From Octopus sinensis (Eukaryota): 64,000 bases of DNA. Numbering within the stretch: the first letter of the stretch is position 1; each line of letters begins with the position of its first letter. The DNA lies in assembly GCF_006345805.1 (NCBI RefSeq), contig NC_043005.1, positions 1,736,001 to 1,800,000 of the forward strand, in the 5' to 3' direction. Positions 50,929 to 64,000 of the stretch are shown here, one piece after another. Position numbers and translations under genes: made by a program. The notes under the pieces are model-generated. The model was not told the origin of the DNA, made no database searches, and was given only the letters and a program-made list of their open reading frames with translations.

Positions 50929-51220
50929 CAGTGCTTCTCAAACTATCTGATGTGGCGTACCGGCAGTTTTGTTTTGCCAGTGTGCCAGGGACCGGTTATA
51001 TTTCTTAGTAATATTAATTTATACCGGAAACAATATATAATGAATATAACAAAAGTTGACAATTTTTTAAATCTTATTTTTATTTTGTAAACAACTAATA
51101 CAATATTACAGAAGCATTGTATAAGCATTTTACAATGTTTCTTTCTTTTCTGCCGCGTACCCGTATCTGATGGCTCGCGAACCGGCACCGGTCCGCGGGC
51201 CATCACTTTGAGTACCACTG
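50929..51220. mobile_element. hAT (Charlie-like) MITE
   Basis: TIRs CAGTGCTTCTCAAACT / ACTTTGAGTACCACTG; flanks CTCTAATA and CTATGGTA are a degraded 8-bp TSD. Confidence 0.6.
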
Positions 51221-51819
51221 CTATGGTAGATAACAGCATCACGAGATTGACTCAGTTTCGAGCAATTTGGCTCATCCTCAGTGATCGGAAGGGTTTGCTC
51301 CCCCTGCTACCAATATATATCGTATATACAGAGTGCAGCGTTGCACCGATAGTAGAGTACAGTATAAAGCGCGTCCACTTTCAGATTTACCCTATGTTAT
51401 TCAGTAGTAGTATTATACGTACTTCTAATTTTGTGCTTGGGAATCTGTCGTGTGCGAATAGACAATTGACAAAAATTGGAATCAACAAGAAGGAGTCCGG
51501 CTGGACATCTATTTTCAATCACTACACTTGTTTCCACGCAACGTATTTCTCCAGGTGTGCGGGTACTTGATTATGTGACCGTTACCCTGCATTATGTGAT
51601 CTAATTGTGTTTCCTCAGGCGATATGTAAATATTGTCTCCGTAAGTTCAAATTCTCGCCTTCAAGAACATCATCTCTGTCTGTCCCTTTAAAATTCAAGC
51701 AACGACAGGCATTTCTTTGTACTGTTGATTTGTTCTTCATGGTTAATTATACATTCGATTGTCCTTAGCTGACCTATACGTACACATACACGGTCGTTCA
51801 CATATACGTACTAACGCGA

Positions 51820-51862
<43 letters not shown>

Positions 51863-52974
51863 GACACCCCTTGCGCGCGAGCTTATGTCTATTCATTCTT
51901 TATAGAATTCAGGATAAATCATGTTAATGATTTTATCTAGTGGTCAGTGTGAAATGAAAACCTTGTAGGTAATATTATATACCAAATTTACAATTATATT
52001 AAAGAGATCGGATTACTGTCTCTAACACGCTAGATATAGATACCAAATGGCTCCCAAAACCACCTTACTGCTCCTTCAGCTCAGGTTGTAAACGGGCAGA
52101 TGAAGAACAATAAATAAAACTTTTCAGTTAATTGTGTATCGAATGATTTCAAGCTAAATGTTATGAAAACCATCCTGCTACCATCAACCCAAATATCTGT
52201 ACATACCCATGCAATAAAAAGCCGCACGACCAGATACATACATTGGCACGTATATACTAGAAATGCATACGGTCGTGTGGCGCGCACTCACATATATATA
52301 CGTATACAAATATATGTGCATATATACACACGCATGCATATACATACACACACAGATGCACACGCATAATTATATATATATATAACACGTATATACTTAC
52401 GCATCTTTGTATGCATATGCGTGCGTGTGCATATTTGTACATATATTTGTATATGTGTATGTATGTGTGTGCGTACGTGTGTGTATGTGTACGTATATGG
52501 ATGTATATGTGAACGACCATGAATATGTATGTATAAGTTGATTCTTAAAGGTTAGCTAAGGACAATCGCATGTGTAACAAACCATGAAAATCAACAGTAC
52601 AAAGAAAAATTGCCAATCCCTTTAAAACAGCAACCACTTTAACAGTAGCAGAATCATCATCCTGCTACATCTACACGTTCAAAGCAGTCTGACAACAATC
52701 CTTCAACAACAACACGCCCTGATAAGCTCAGTGACTATTACAAAATTCAGGCCACGGCAGACAGAGAGGATGTTCTTGAAGCCGAGAATTTGAACTCACG
52801 GAGACAATATTTCATAAACGGTTGCATAATCCAAACTTACAGGGAAAAATTAGATTTATGCAACTACGTTGCGTGGAAACAATTGGAATGATTGAAAAAT
52901 AAATGTCAAACTGTACTCCTTCTTGCTGACTCCAATTGTTTTCAATATTATATATATATATATAATAATAATAA

Positions 52975-53037
52975 TATTAGGGAGTAAATCCAAACTTACA
53001 GGGAAAAATTAGATTTAGGATTAAATCTAATTTTACA

Positions 53038-53098
<61 letters not shown>

Positions 53099-53170
53099 GA
53101 GATAAAACCACTATTAGGCAAATCAAACAGTGAAAAACATAAACCAAAACATAGAAATAGAATTAATTAA
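52975..53170. repeat. Terminal repeat pieces of the family found at 36500-36720 and 37309-37480
   Basis: TAGGGAGTAAATCCAAACTTACAGGGAAAAATTAGATTTAGG and TAGAGATAAAACCACTATTA shared. Confidence 0.6.
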
Positions 53171-53851
53171 TATAATATACAAAATATATAAAATATATAA
53201 AATATAAAATTCAAAATTTAAATTATTTAAATTTAAAGTTAAATTTTAAAAAAACTTTTAAATTATTAATTTATACTTATAAATTTTATATATATATATA
53301 TATATTTTATTATTTTTATTATTATTATTATTATTATTATTGAGTAAGAGAGCAATTCATGCCATCAAAGTGACACTGGGGTAAAATATACGAAGCCCAA
53401 TATACCCATCATGACTACCCGTCTGATAAGGGTACACCAGGCACATGCATCACAACCATATGTGCGCGACATGGTGATCTCATATCAAGATAAACAGCAC
53501 ATGACCTTGCAGGTGGGGCCCAGTTAGAATTTTCTTCTGGTTGAGTAGCCCATCCCGCTCAAAGGGTCCCTGAATAAGGGTTGTTTAAGGATGTTGAAAG
53601 AACCACCCATGTTTCCAGAGGTGAATTATTCAAACCCCAAAGAATCCCCCCCCAACCCGTGGCCATGATGCTCCCCCACTACTTTATTTTTTTTAATGCC
53701 TGATAGTGGTTTTATCTCTAATTTAATATATATATATATGTATGTGTGTGTGTGTGTATGTATTTGTATGTATGTATATACGTATATATATATATATATA
53801 TATGCATATGTATGTGTTTATGTATGTATATACAATTACGTTTGTATATAA

Positions 53852-53894
<43 letters not shown>

Positions 53895-54021
53895 GAATTG
53901 TCTATAATAATCAATGAACCAGCTTTTTACACTACAGCTGTTTCTCTAAAATGCTCTGTCTTCATTAAGGACGCAGCAAGAGATAGTGACACAGCTGATG
54001 GAATTGTGAAAGGTGACATAC

Positions 54022-54212
54022 CTTCGGTAAAATCCAATGGAGAAACATTGATATGACCCTTTCCAACATGAATCAATTGTTCTCGAAGTTTCTGAATTCC
54101 ATCAAAACATAAAATTGGGTCCTTCTTGGACCACATATCAACGTACTTTTCATGGGCACGCTTCAAGCCATCACATTCGGCGTCAGAGAGAAATTCTTCA
54201 AACATGTAGACA
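54022..54212 (-). CDS. Prolyl 4-hydroxylase-like 2OG-Fe(II) dioxygenase, first exon found
   Basis: tttcag|T GTC TAC...GAA G|gtatgt on minus; 191 nt; VYMFEEFLSDAECDGLKRAHEKYVDMWSKKDPILCFDGIQKLREQLIHVGKGHINVSPLDFTE; FLSDxECD is typical of the P4Hc domain start. Confidence 0.88.
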
Positions 54213-54899
54213 CTGAAACAGAGGAAAGAAGTCTTCAACACTTTTCTGCAAATAGGCAATTTTTTTGTATGGATGTTGAGATTAAATTTATCCTTCTTGA
54301 TGTATAAAAGCTAAACAGGGGCACGAAAGCAAGTTTATGAAGTTTTCAGGTGTCATGTGAACATCTGAATTTGTAAATGTAGGTGATAATTAGGAAACCA
54401 TTGTAGTTGGGAGATTCTTTCATACACGAAGACCGTGGCATCACACAAGAATTCGGTGCCTAAGTGCTTGCTTATAAAACATTTGTGTTTTACTTCACCA
54501 AAAACTTATTATTTCTGTGAATATCGCCCAGATGAAAGCTTTTGCTTAAATTTCGTCTTTGCATATTGCTGTTCAATTATGCAAAAATAATACAATAATA
54601 ACTTCTTATAAGGGGGAAAAGAATTGCTTTTCTGGTAAAGTTTGCCACGACAGAAAGTATCATTCAACATGAATGGTTGTTTTTAATTACTGACGATAGA
54701 AAGGCTAATTTGCTAAAGTAATGAATTTAATTAAATAATAAGATTTTCTTCAAATTTATTAAATTTATTTTTCCTTAAGATTGATAAAACTTAGAAAACG
54801 AACGCAAAATCTTTGGAAAAGGAGACGAAAGCATTAATCATATCTTAAGCGAATGCAGTGAGCTAGTACAAAAGAATATAAGCACAAGTATGACTATGT

Positions 54900-55340
54900 T
54901 CAACCTGTTTAAAAGAGTGTATTGGGTTGTCAGCCAGGTGTGCAGATTCAAAATGAAAGAAAAGCGGTATGCACATGAACCACGGGCTGTGATAATTACA
55001 GGATTTTATGGGATTTCTCCGTAAAGAATGACTGTATTGTTGAAGCAAGGGGATCAGATATGAATGTAGAGGACAAAGAAAAACAGAAAGCAATGGAAAA
55101 TCCTAAACTTTGCAATATCGTATGATGAGAAAGTGAATAGCAGAGAAAATGAGAAAATCGAGAAATATGAGGACAGGAAGAGATTGGGAAAGACTGAGAC
55201 CATTATTCTTGTGGTAAGTTGGGCTCTTGGCACAATATACAACCTTTTTACCTCAGACGTTGAAAGATTTTGGAATTGTAGTAAAGCGCCATTATGTAAG
55301 AGAAGGATTCTTGAGATTGGCGGAGGATTGTCAAAAAAGT
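54900..55340 (+). mobile_element. Old 3' RLE LINE fragment
   Basis: ENEKIEKYED...ETIILVVSWALGTI resembles the EKxxKYxDL...IPVVVGALG region. Confidence 0.55.
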
Positions 55341-55869
55341 CCAAAATAATATTAAATTAGAGTCGAATGGTTTTTGAGTGAGAAAAGGTTTTGATTTAAG
55401 CAGAAAGAGAGTTATTTGGGAGGAGACACGAATTCAATGAATTCTGCTTTGGTTTATGAGTGCAATGACTAATGTAATACGACATATGAATAAATTAGTC
55501 ATAAAGAGGGACGAGAAATAAAGTTGATCCGGGTAGGATTTGAACTCACACTATAAAGAGCTGGAATAAATGCTGCACAGAAATTTTTCGATTGTCTAAT
55601 GATCCTCCTCCTCCTCGTCGACGTCGCTGTCCTCCTCCTCCTCCTCCTCCCCCTCCCCCTCCTCCCCCTCCCCTTCCTTCCCCTCCTCCTCATTAATAAG
55701 GCCGATACCCGACAGAAGAACACAATCAACACTACACAAACATCACACAATACAAAAACTAATACAACAGAAGATTCAAACCGAATCTCATAACAAAACA
55801 TACTGATACAATACAATACCCGCCACACTAAACATGCAGCACGCACCACTCCACCAGTACAATGATTCA

Positions 55870-58477
55870 ATAGAAAGTTGCATGAAAATATCAGATGTCG
55901 AAAAATAATAGTGGTGATGACGTTGGGGACGAACGTTACCTTGCCTCAGTTTATGAGAGATAGGAGTTTGCGAAGAAACTCTGGCTGTAACAGCGAAAAT
56001 GAAGTTGGACCTGTCAGGGAAGGTCACTCACTCGGCAGTGGATCAGTAAAGATGCAGACTGACCACAGCTGTTATCCTAAAACAGCATCAGTAGATAATA
56101 GGGCAAGGAGGAGGAAGTGGACCAGCGAAGGAAACAGGATAGTGATGCAGTGCTACTTAGAAAGTGAACCTAAAAGAAGGGGGCTATAGAAAACGGGTGT
56201 TGATACTTTGGGTAGAGAAGGGTATGTTTCAAGTAACTGAGCTGAGATCAGTAGATCAAGCTAATGAAGTGGATGAGAGAAATGGAGGGGAGAAGAGATC
56301 ACTTGAGAACTGGAAAAGAAAGACCAGACAGTGGGAAAGACAAACAACGACATAAGAGATACAACTGAAACAAAAGAAGAACCCAAAGGAAAAAAATAAT
56401 AACAATAAGGAAGGGACAACTGGCTTTGAGTGATTTGAGTGATTTAAGTGGGGAAGATGAGAATATTTTAGATGAGTTTCAGGAAATAAATGAGTAAAGA
56501 AACAAGAAAAAGATTTCCAGCATTAAAAGACATCAACAGAAGGAGGCTACAAGGAGTGACTTGGAAAGTAGATTCTGTTATCAGCAGCAGAATAGATGCT
56601 AAAAATATAGGAGACACTAACTTATTGATCTGTGCAGGAAGGGTAGTAGTTGCCACAAGATTAGATATTCCACTGGGTAAGATTAGAAAAGAGCAAATGT
56701 AGAAAAGGAGACTACAAAACAAAGTGGAGACTTTAAAACAAGACCTGGGTAGAATAGAAGCCTGGAAACTGAACAAGTTAGGAAGCACAAGATACAGATC
56801 TTCCCTTGAGAAAAGATACCTAGGCAAGAAAGCATTTGGGACAATAATAGAAGATTTGAAACAGCGTATCATAGCAGTAGCAGGCAGCATCTCCAGTTAT
56901 AAGAAAAGAATAGATCTGTATCAACAGAATAGATTATTTGAGACAGACCAAAGGAGATTTTATAACCAAATAAAGATGAGAAACCTAATGCAGAAGAAGC
57001 TAGAAAGTTTTGCAGTAATATTTGGGATAGACCAAATGCAGTATGGTTAAAGAAAGTGAGGAAGAAGCAGTGAGTGAGAAACAGCCTGCATTAATGAGTA
57101 GTGTTAGGGAAAATGCCGAATTAGAAGGGCCCAGGACTAGATTTAGCTCAAAGGTACTGGCCAAAAAATATTTAGTAGTTTACATGGGAGGCTGAGAGAA
57201 CAACTTCAGGATTGCCTTAATGGTGGAATAATACCAGATTGGATGGCTAGAAGGAGTATTATGAAAGATAAGAGCAAGGGTAATACAGATAGCAACTTGC
57301 TTACCATTAATGTGGAAGCTGTTGGCAGGAATGCTTTCATAATGCGTTTATGAGCACCTTGAAAACCAGAATTTACTACCAGACGAACAGAAAGGTGGGA
57401 GGAAGAAGGCTAGAGGAACGCATGATCTATTATACATGGACAAAGCAGTTCTAAATGAAGTAAAAGCTAGAAAGAAAAATCTAATAATAGCAGGGATAGA
57501 TTAAAGGGAAGCCTATGACGTGATCCCACACTCATGGATAAGTGAAAGTTTGAGTATATTCAGTATAGCAGACAACATAAGAGAATTAATTAGCTTTAGC
57601 ACGAAGAAATGGGAAGCAGGTGTCTACTCAGGTGACACACTCTTAGGGAAAGTTAGTATCAAAAGTTGTCCCTTTTAATATTTACCCTATGTTTGATCCC
57701 GCTCAGTTTAGTGTTAAGGAAGGCAAAGGCAGGGTATCAGTTCAGAAGTAGTAAGGGAAAAATTAACCGTTTCTCGACATGGATGATCTGAAGTTTCTTA
57801 GTAAGAGGTAGATACCTTAACACAGATTGTAAGACTCTTCAGCAAAGATATAGGAATGGAATTTGGCATAGATAAGTGTGCAATACTAGTCTTGAGAAAA
57901 GGACAGGTAGTCAACAGCGAAGGTATCCAATTACCAGATGGCCAGACATTAAAATCATTGAAAAGAGGAGAGAATTACAAGTACCTAAGAGTATTAGCAT
58001 CTGACAGAGAACTAATAATAGAAATGAAAACGAAAATTGACAGGGAGTACATGAGAAGGGTGAGGAAGATAATGAATTCAAAGCTAAATGGTCCGGATGT
58101 AGTGAAGGCTGAAAATACTTGGGCAGTATCACTACTTAGATACTCAGCAGCTTTTGAAGATTGGACAAAAACTGAATTAGTAAATAGAAACAGAAGAACT
58201 AGGAAGGAATTCAATAAGAATGGAGGAGGACTATGGAAAATGCAGGTTAAGTGTATCCCAGTAATTATAGGTGCATTAGGACCAATCCCTAAAGATCTGA
58301 ACAGATGGATAGAGGAAATAGGCATTAAACTCAGTTTAGTATAAACTGCAGAAAACAGTGTTATTAGGGACAGCTAGGATACTTAGGAGGGTTCTTGGCA
58401 TCTAAGGTTACCCGTTGTAGCCCGATGTTAGGAATTTTTCTTTTCCAACAGTCTAATCTGTTGTTTGCATATGAAGG
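55870..58477 (+). mobile_element. R4/Dong-like RLE non-LTR retrotransposon, decayed, with (AAT)n tail
   Basis: RRKWTSEGNRIVMQCY..GYRKR N-terminus; QKGGRKKARGTHDLLYMDK, AYDVIPHSWI, MEFGIDKCAIL, YKYL RT motifs; IPVIIGALG; ends in TAA repeats. Confidence 0.85.
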
Positions 58478-58638
<161 letters not shown>

Positions 58639-58785
58639 GACATTCAGTAGTACAACACCAAAAAACCCCAAATATATGGCACACTAGGCATAACAACAAC
58701 GTGAACTTCCAACCTGTTGTCTCTTGAGGTCTCTGGGTGAGACTTGGAGCCAACTTGTACAGACATAAAGCAAAAGTCAAACATA

Positions 58786-58852
<67 letters not shown>

Positions 58853-59160
58853 TGGAGCATTTGGCATGATAAAAAACATGAACAAAAACGTAGAAGTGAT
58901 ACCTGGATCCTCAACGCTACACACTATTCAAAAAATAGCCCTGCTAGGAAAAGCCGACATCCCATGCAAGACGATATCAATTCAATGACACAGCCTAAAC
59001 AATCCACAAACACAAGACACACGCTATCCAATTAAATAAAACTACCACCAGCAATCGGCACATCCAAAGCATTTCACGCATAACACACGATACAAACACT
59101 AATACAACAAAAGGCTGCACTACAACCCATAAAAAAACAGAAACTGAAACAATACATTAC
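58639..59160 (+). mobile_element. Stacked short 3' fragments of RLE LINEs separated by (AAT)n
   Basis: 58849-58988 GAFGMIKNMNKNVEVIPGSSTLHTIQKIALLGKADI resembles an RLE-LINE C-terminus; 58639-58787 has 3'UTR-like sequence followed by (AAT)n. Confidence 0.55.
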
Positions 59161-59716
59161 CGGAAAGAGTTTGCACACCCCCGACAGCAGAAAGGAACAT
59201 ACAATGCTGCACACACCCCAGAAACACAGAGGTGTAGCAGGTCATGATGCAGTAGACATTTGCCTGAAACTACCAAATGTTGAATAAGGACAATAATAAT
59301 AGTAATAATGATGTTGGTGGTGATGATGATGATTACGATAATCGTTTCTAATATAATTTCTTTGCTGTCATGGTCCATGGAAACAAGAAAATGTTTCACA
59401 AAAGAGTTTCGAAAAAATACAGGGATGTACAACTGTGTGCTTATATTAAAACTCAACAAGTGGTAAAGACGTTACGCAGTTATATGGAAAGACGTGTGTG
59501 TGTGTGGTGTGTGTGTGTGTGTGTACGAGTGTTTGTGTTTGTGTGTGTGTGTGTGCGTGTGTACATGTACAGAAACATATACACACACATATACTTATTA
59601 ATGAATAAGTACAAATCTATTTAGAAGGGTAACTTTCACACCCACACAGACTGGAAGCCAGTATGTGCTTGTCATCAGATAAGATATATATATTTATGTG
59701 GGGTGGTGTGTGTATG

Positions 59717-59749
<33 letters not shown>

Positions 59750-59990
59750 ACGCTTGTATGCATATATATATACATATATGTGTATAGATAGATGTGTGTT
59801 TTGTATATATATATATGCATATATAAGATATATATATGTATATATATATATATATATATAATATATATATAACGCTTGTATGCATATATATATACATATA
59901 TGTGTATATAGAATGTGTGTATATATATATGCATATATATAGATATATATATGTATATATATATACATATATATATATAATATATATAAG

Positions 59991-60028
<38 letters not shown>

Positions 60029-60066
60029 CTTATATATATATATATATATATACTTATATATACTTA

Positions 60067-60452
60067 CTAGCAGTATCGCCCGGCGTTGCTCAGGTTTGTA
60101 AGGGAAATAACTATAAAGCATTTTTAGAGAGTTATAGCCAAAAAATAGCAAAAAAATAGAAAAAAAATGATGGTAAATTTTTTTTTGAGAGTAAAAAAAG
60201 GTTGAGTTGCGTCCCCTAGACAGTCTGTGGTTTATTTTTTTTGATTCTCGACCCCATGTCGAATTTATCGATTTTTTTCAGAACTGGGGGAACTTTTCAA
60301 AATTTTCGCTGCGTTAGTTTTGAATTATGACATTGGGCTATGTGTGTGTCAAGTTTCATCAGAATCGGTTGAAAGCCGTGGTCAGAGTGAGGGTACAAGC
60401 AAACAGACACACAGAAACACGCACAGACAAACTGCCGTTATATAGAGAGAGA
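60067..60452 (-). mobile_element. Non-autonomous Helitron-like element, copy 2
   Basis: Highly similar reverse complement of 25599-25978 with the same CTAG end. Confidence 0.7.
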
Positions 60453-60503
<51 letters not shown>

Positions 60504-60534
60504 TTATATATATATAATATATATATATATATAT

Positions 60535-60581
<47 letters not shown>

Positions 60582-60917
60582 GTGTGTGTAATATTTAGTG
60601 AACATATGATAGCGAAGTGTGTGGTAAGAAAAAAACTGAACGTCATTTCAAAACCTGGTTATTTTCCTCCTCCAAATATAACCAACAAAATAGGTTTCCT
60701 TATTAATTCTCACCAGATTCCCAGAGACAACGCATTTCCAGAAGATAATATTTTGAATTATAGTAAAACTAAAAATATATATATATATATATATAATGTA
60801 AAAAAAACCCAAATTATTTTGTTTTAAGCTGCATTTCATATAAATATATATCTTTAATATAAAGTCAGATGTTCAGTGAACGTCATTGTATGACGTGCAT
60901 CTGTTTCAATGTTTTTA

Positions 60918-60951
<34 letters not shown>

Positions 60952-61147
60952 CGTACGCACATGTGAGGGTGTGTGGGTGTATAATTGAAGGTATGAATTC
61001 CCTCTCACAAAACCATATAAATACAGTAACACTCAGTGCAGATACCTACACAGAAATCCTTTCGCAGCCTCTTTCATGCCAATGAATACCAACACAAAGT
61101 ACATGCAGACTTACACACATATATGCATATTTACATAGATACATCCA

Positions 61148-61223
<76 letters not shown>

Positions 61224-61369
61224 ATCTATCTATCTATCTATCTATATGTGTACACACACACACATACATATACATACATACATGCAAAGACATACGCGCA
61301 CATATATTTGTGTGTTTTGTATATGCGACTGTATATGATTATGTATAGTTAAGCGATAATATGTATATG

Positions 61370-61426
<57 letters not shown>

Positions 61427-61603
61427 GCATATATATATATACATACACACACACATATATATACATACATACATACACACACACATATATATACATACAT
61501 ACATACACACACACACATATATATATGTGTGTTTGTATGCAAATATGAAAAGGTGCATGATAACGTGTGTGTGTGTGTGTGTATGTGTGTGTGTGTGTGT
61601 GTG

Positions 61604-61641
<38 letters not shown>

Positions 61642-63097
61642 CTGCGTTGGTAAGAGGTGAACACGATAATGGCTATATTCCATCGTGTTTTCTCAGTGCG
61701 GTAATTCAATTTCTTTTTATCTCTTCAAATGAAAACGAAGAATGCAGTGAACGGAATCATAAGTTCCTAATTGAAGTCTAGTGATTCTTAATAATGGCCA
61801 AATTGAATTATTTGAAAGTCTGAGAAGAAACGCATTACAATCAACTCGCTTTAGTTTTAAGAACTACGATGACGACAAGGGCGATAACAACAACTGGGAG
61901 AAAGGAAATCTGTAGAATGCGATGTGACATTAACAATATAAAAACTGCGAATGGGATCCATTTTGTAAAGGTGAGTTGTTGATGTAAATAATACAAGCAT
62001 TGTTATATATCCTTATGGAGTATCTGCCATTTAATATGCTGGGATTCAAGCCATGCGGTAATTTGCTATTCCAATATCGCAGAGCCATTCATTGATCAAG
62101 AATATAAGGTATTCTGCAGGTGGGAGAGAGGCAGAATCATTGTGGCACCGGCAGAGATGCTTTACCTTATATCTTGCGGCTCTCTACGTTCAAATCCCAC
62201 CCGTCTGGAGAAGGCAACGGGAAACTACTCCAGTATCCATTCCAAGTCGAATCATGGTAGCTGAAGTTCCAATTACCTACTTATTGGTGTCATGGGAGGG
62301 TATGGGCCCTGCCAGGTCGTATATTGAGTGCAGGAGAAGGTTCACATGCACAGAACCTGCCCACTACCGGAAACATTTGTATTAGTTTATTTTTTCAGTT
62401 CACAAATCGTTCTTTAGACCCTGATGCACGAAAAATTACCACCCTGGGACAGATATCTGTCAATCGAGGGTAACTGTCTTTTACAAGAGTTTGGTGTCAA
62501 TTTATTGAAAATAGCTGATCGCAATTCGAAAAACATAAAAAAACCCAAAAAACAAATGGTTGAAGTAGCAATCAACAAATGATGGTTTCAAATTTTGGTT
62601 GAAGACAAGGGGTGGGAGTGTGTGAATCGACTAATTCGACCCCAGTACCCAACTGTTATTTGTTTTATCGACCTCCAAAAAATGAAACTCGACCTCGGCA
62701 GCATTTGAACTCAGATCATAAAGATGAACGAAATGCTAATAAGCATTTTTGCCTGGCGTGCTAACAATTCTGTTAGCTCGCCGCCTTATTACAACAAATA
62801 TTAAAGGACAAAAATGTACGGTTAAAGAGAAGTGGTTGCTTTGATAATTTTTATTAGGTAAATTTTTACAATTAAAATGCAAAACAACATACACGCGCAC
62901 GCATATGACCACAGCGTAAAAACCGGTGAAGCTGGTGGTAATGTCCATTTACTGTTGATTTCAATTCTGTGCTTATTGAATCAAATTTAAAGACAAACCG
63001 TAGGAAATATTTTTCTATAAGAAGAACATTATGTAAATGCATTTAACTTCAAGTATATACATGCAACTATGTGCGTGTATGTATGTATGCATGAATG

Positions 63098-63171
<74 letters not shown>

Positions 63172-63809
63172 CTGCACGACTTCTATACACACTGTCTTTT
63201 ACTACCCGCCATTGCTTCTTCACCAAACTTTTTGGCGCCCTCCGATTCTTCCCCTCTCTTCCTCCCATCCTCCTTAATCCCTTCTTTCTCCTCTCTTGGT
63301 CACTGATTCTGTCCCCTGCCTTCCACCCTCTTTGATTCCCTCTCTCTCTGTCTCTCTTTCTCTCTCTCCTGCGACCTGCTGCTTCTTCAACCATTCTGTT
63401 GGCCTTCGTATCTCGACCAACATGTGTCCCCGCTACCGAAACGGTAATTATTTCTACGCCAGCTGCTATGTTGTTGTTGTTTTGTCTCATTTGGTCTAAA
63501 GTCGTATGACAACCACCGTTATATATGTTTTGTTTTTTCATTACTGTTTTCAATTTCGTTTTCGTCTCTTGTATTCACATCCGTCTTGTGCGTTCACATT
63601 CCTGTCTTCTACCAAGAAATCTAATGCTTACAGCTTAGTTTTTTTTTCTTGGGGCTGGCCGAGTTGGAGCAAATATCAGAATTGAACAGCCGAAATTTGC
63701 TATGATGATTCGGTGTCTGACTGAAGATTGAAGGCTTCGAATGATTTGTCTGTGTTCCGTGTTCGTCCCTTCCTGTATTTCACGTTCATTATATATCAAA
63801 ACATTCATT

Positions 63810-63864
<55 letters not shown>

Positions 63865-63898
63865 ATATGTATGTATATATACATACATATATATATAC

Positions 63899-63931
<33 letters not shown>

Positions 63932-63968
63932 TGTATATGTATATATATATATATTATATATATATATA

Positions 63969-64000
<32 letters not shown>

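Noticed and set aside
60700-60780. Candidate upstream exon ending ..SLGI(C)|gtgaga on the minus strand
   Set aside because: The phase would fit, but there is no convincing acceptor or homology; the 5' exons may lie outside the window.

Overview
AT-rich, microsatellite-dense eukaryotic genomic DNA. Its SINE, MITE and microsatellite landscape resembles a coleoid cephalopod such as Octopus; this is inferred, not proven. Two convergent spliced genes were assembled by hand with GT-AG boundaries and consistent phases. The first is the last 6 exons of a CoA-transferase family III gene (SUGCT orthologue, + strand, 1215-12558). The second is the last 5 exons of a prolyl-4-hydroxylase-like Fe(II)/2-oxoglutarate dioxygenase (- strand, 54212-17467; 5' exon(s) not found). 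The rest is repeats: three decayed mariners, an RTE fragment, restriction-like-endonuclease (RLE) LINEs (HERO/NeSL-like, R4/Dong-like), a Penelope GIY-YIG fragment, tRNA-derived SINEs, two non-autonomous Helitron copies, MITEs and microsatellites. Nearly all long ORFs in the track are microsatellite or antisense artefacts. The main signal the track misses is about 10 type I hammerhead ribozyme (HHR) motifs from several sequence-distinct families, all inside introns of the dioxygenase gene. Five have intact cores and stems. They include a young 475-bp tandem-plus-inverted unit resembling a retrozyme or Penelope pseudo-LTR, a head-to-head HHR palindrome, and a ~360-bp HHR unit interrupted at the ribozyme by an ORF1-only (Gag-knuckle) insert with a 19-bp duplication. 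All folds were read by eye and none is experimentally validated. Repeat boundaries are approximate unless stated.
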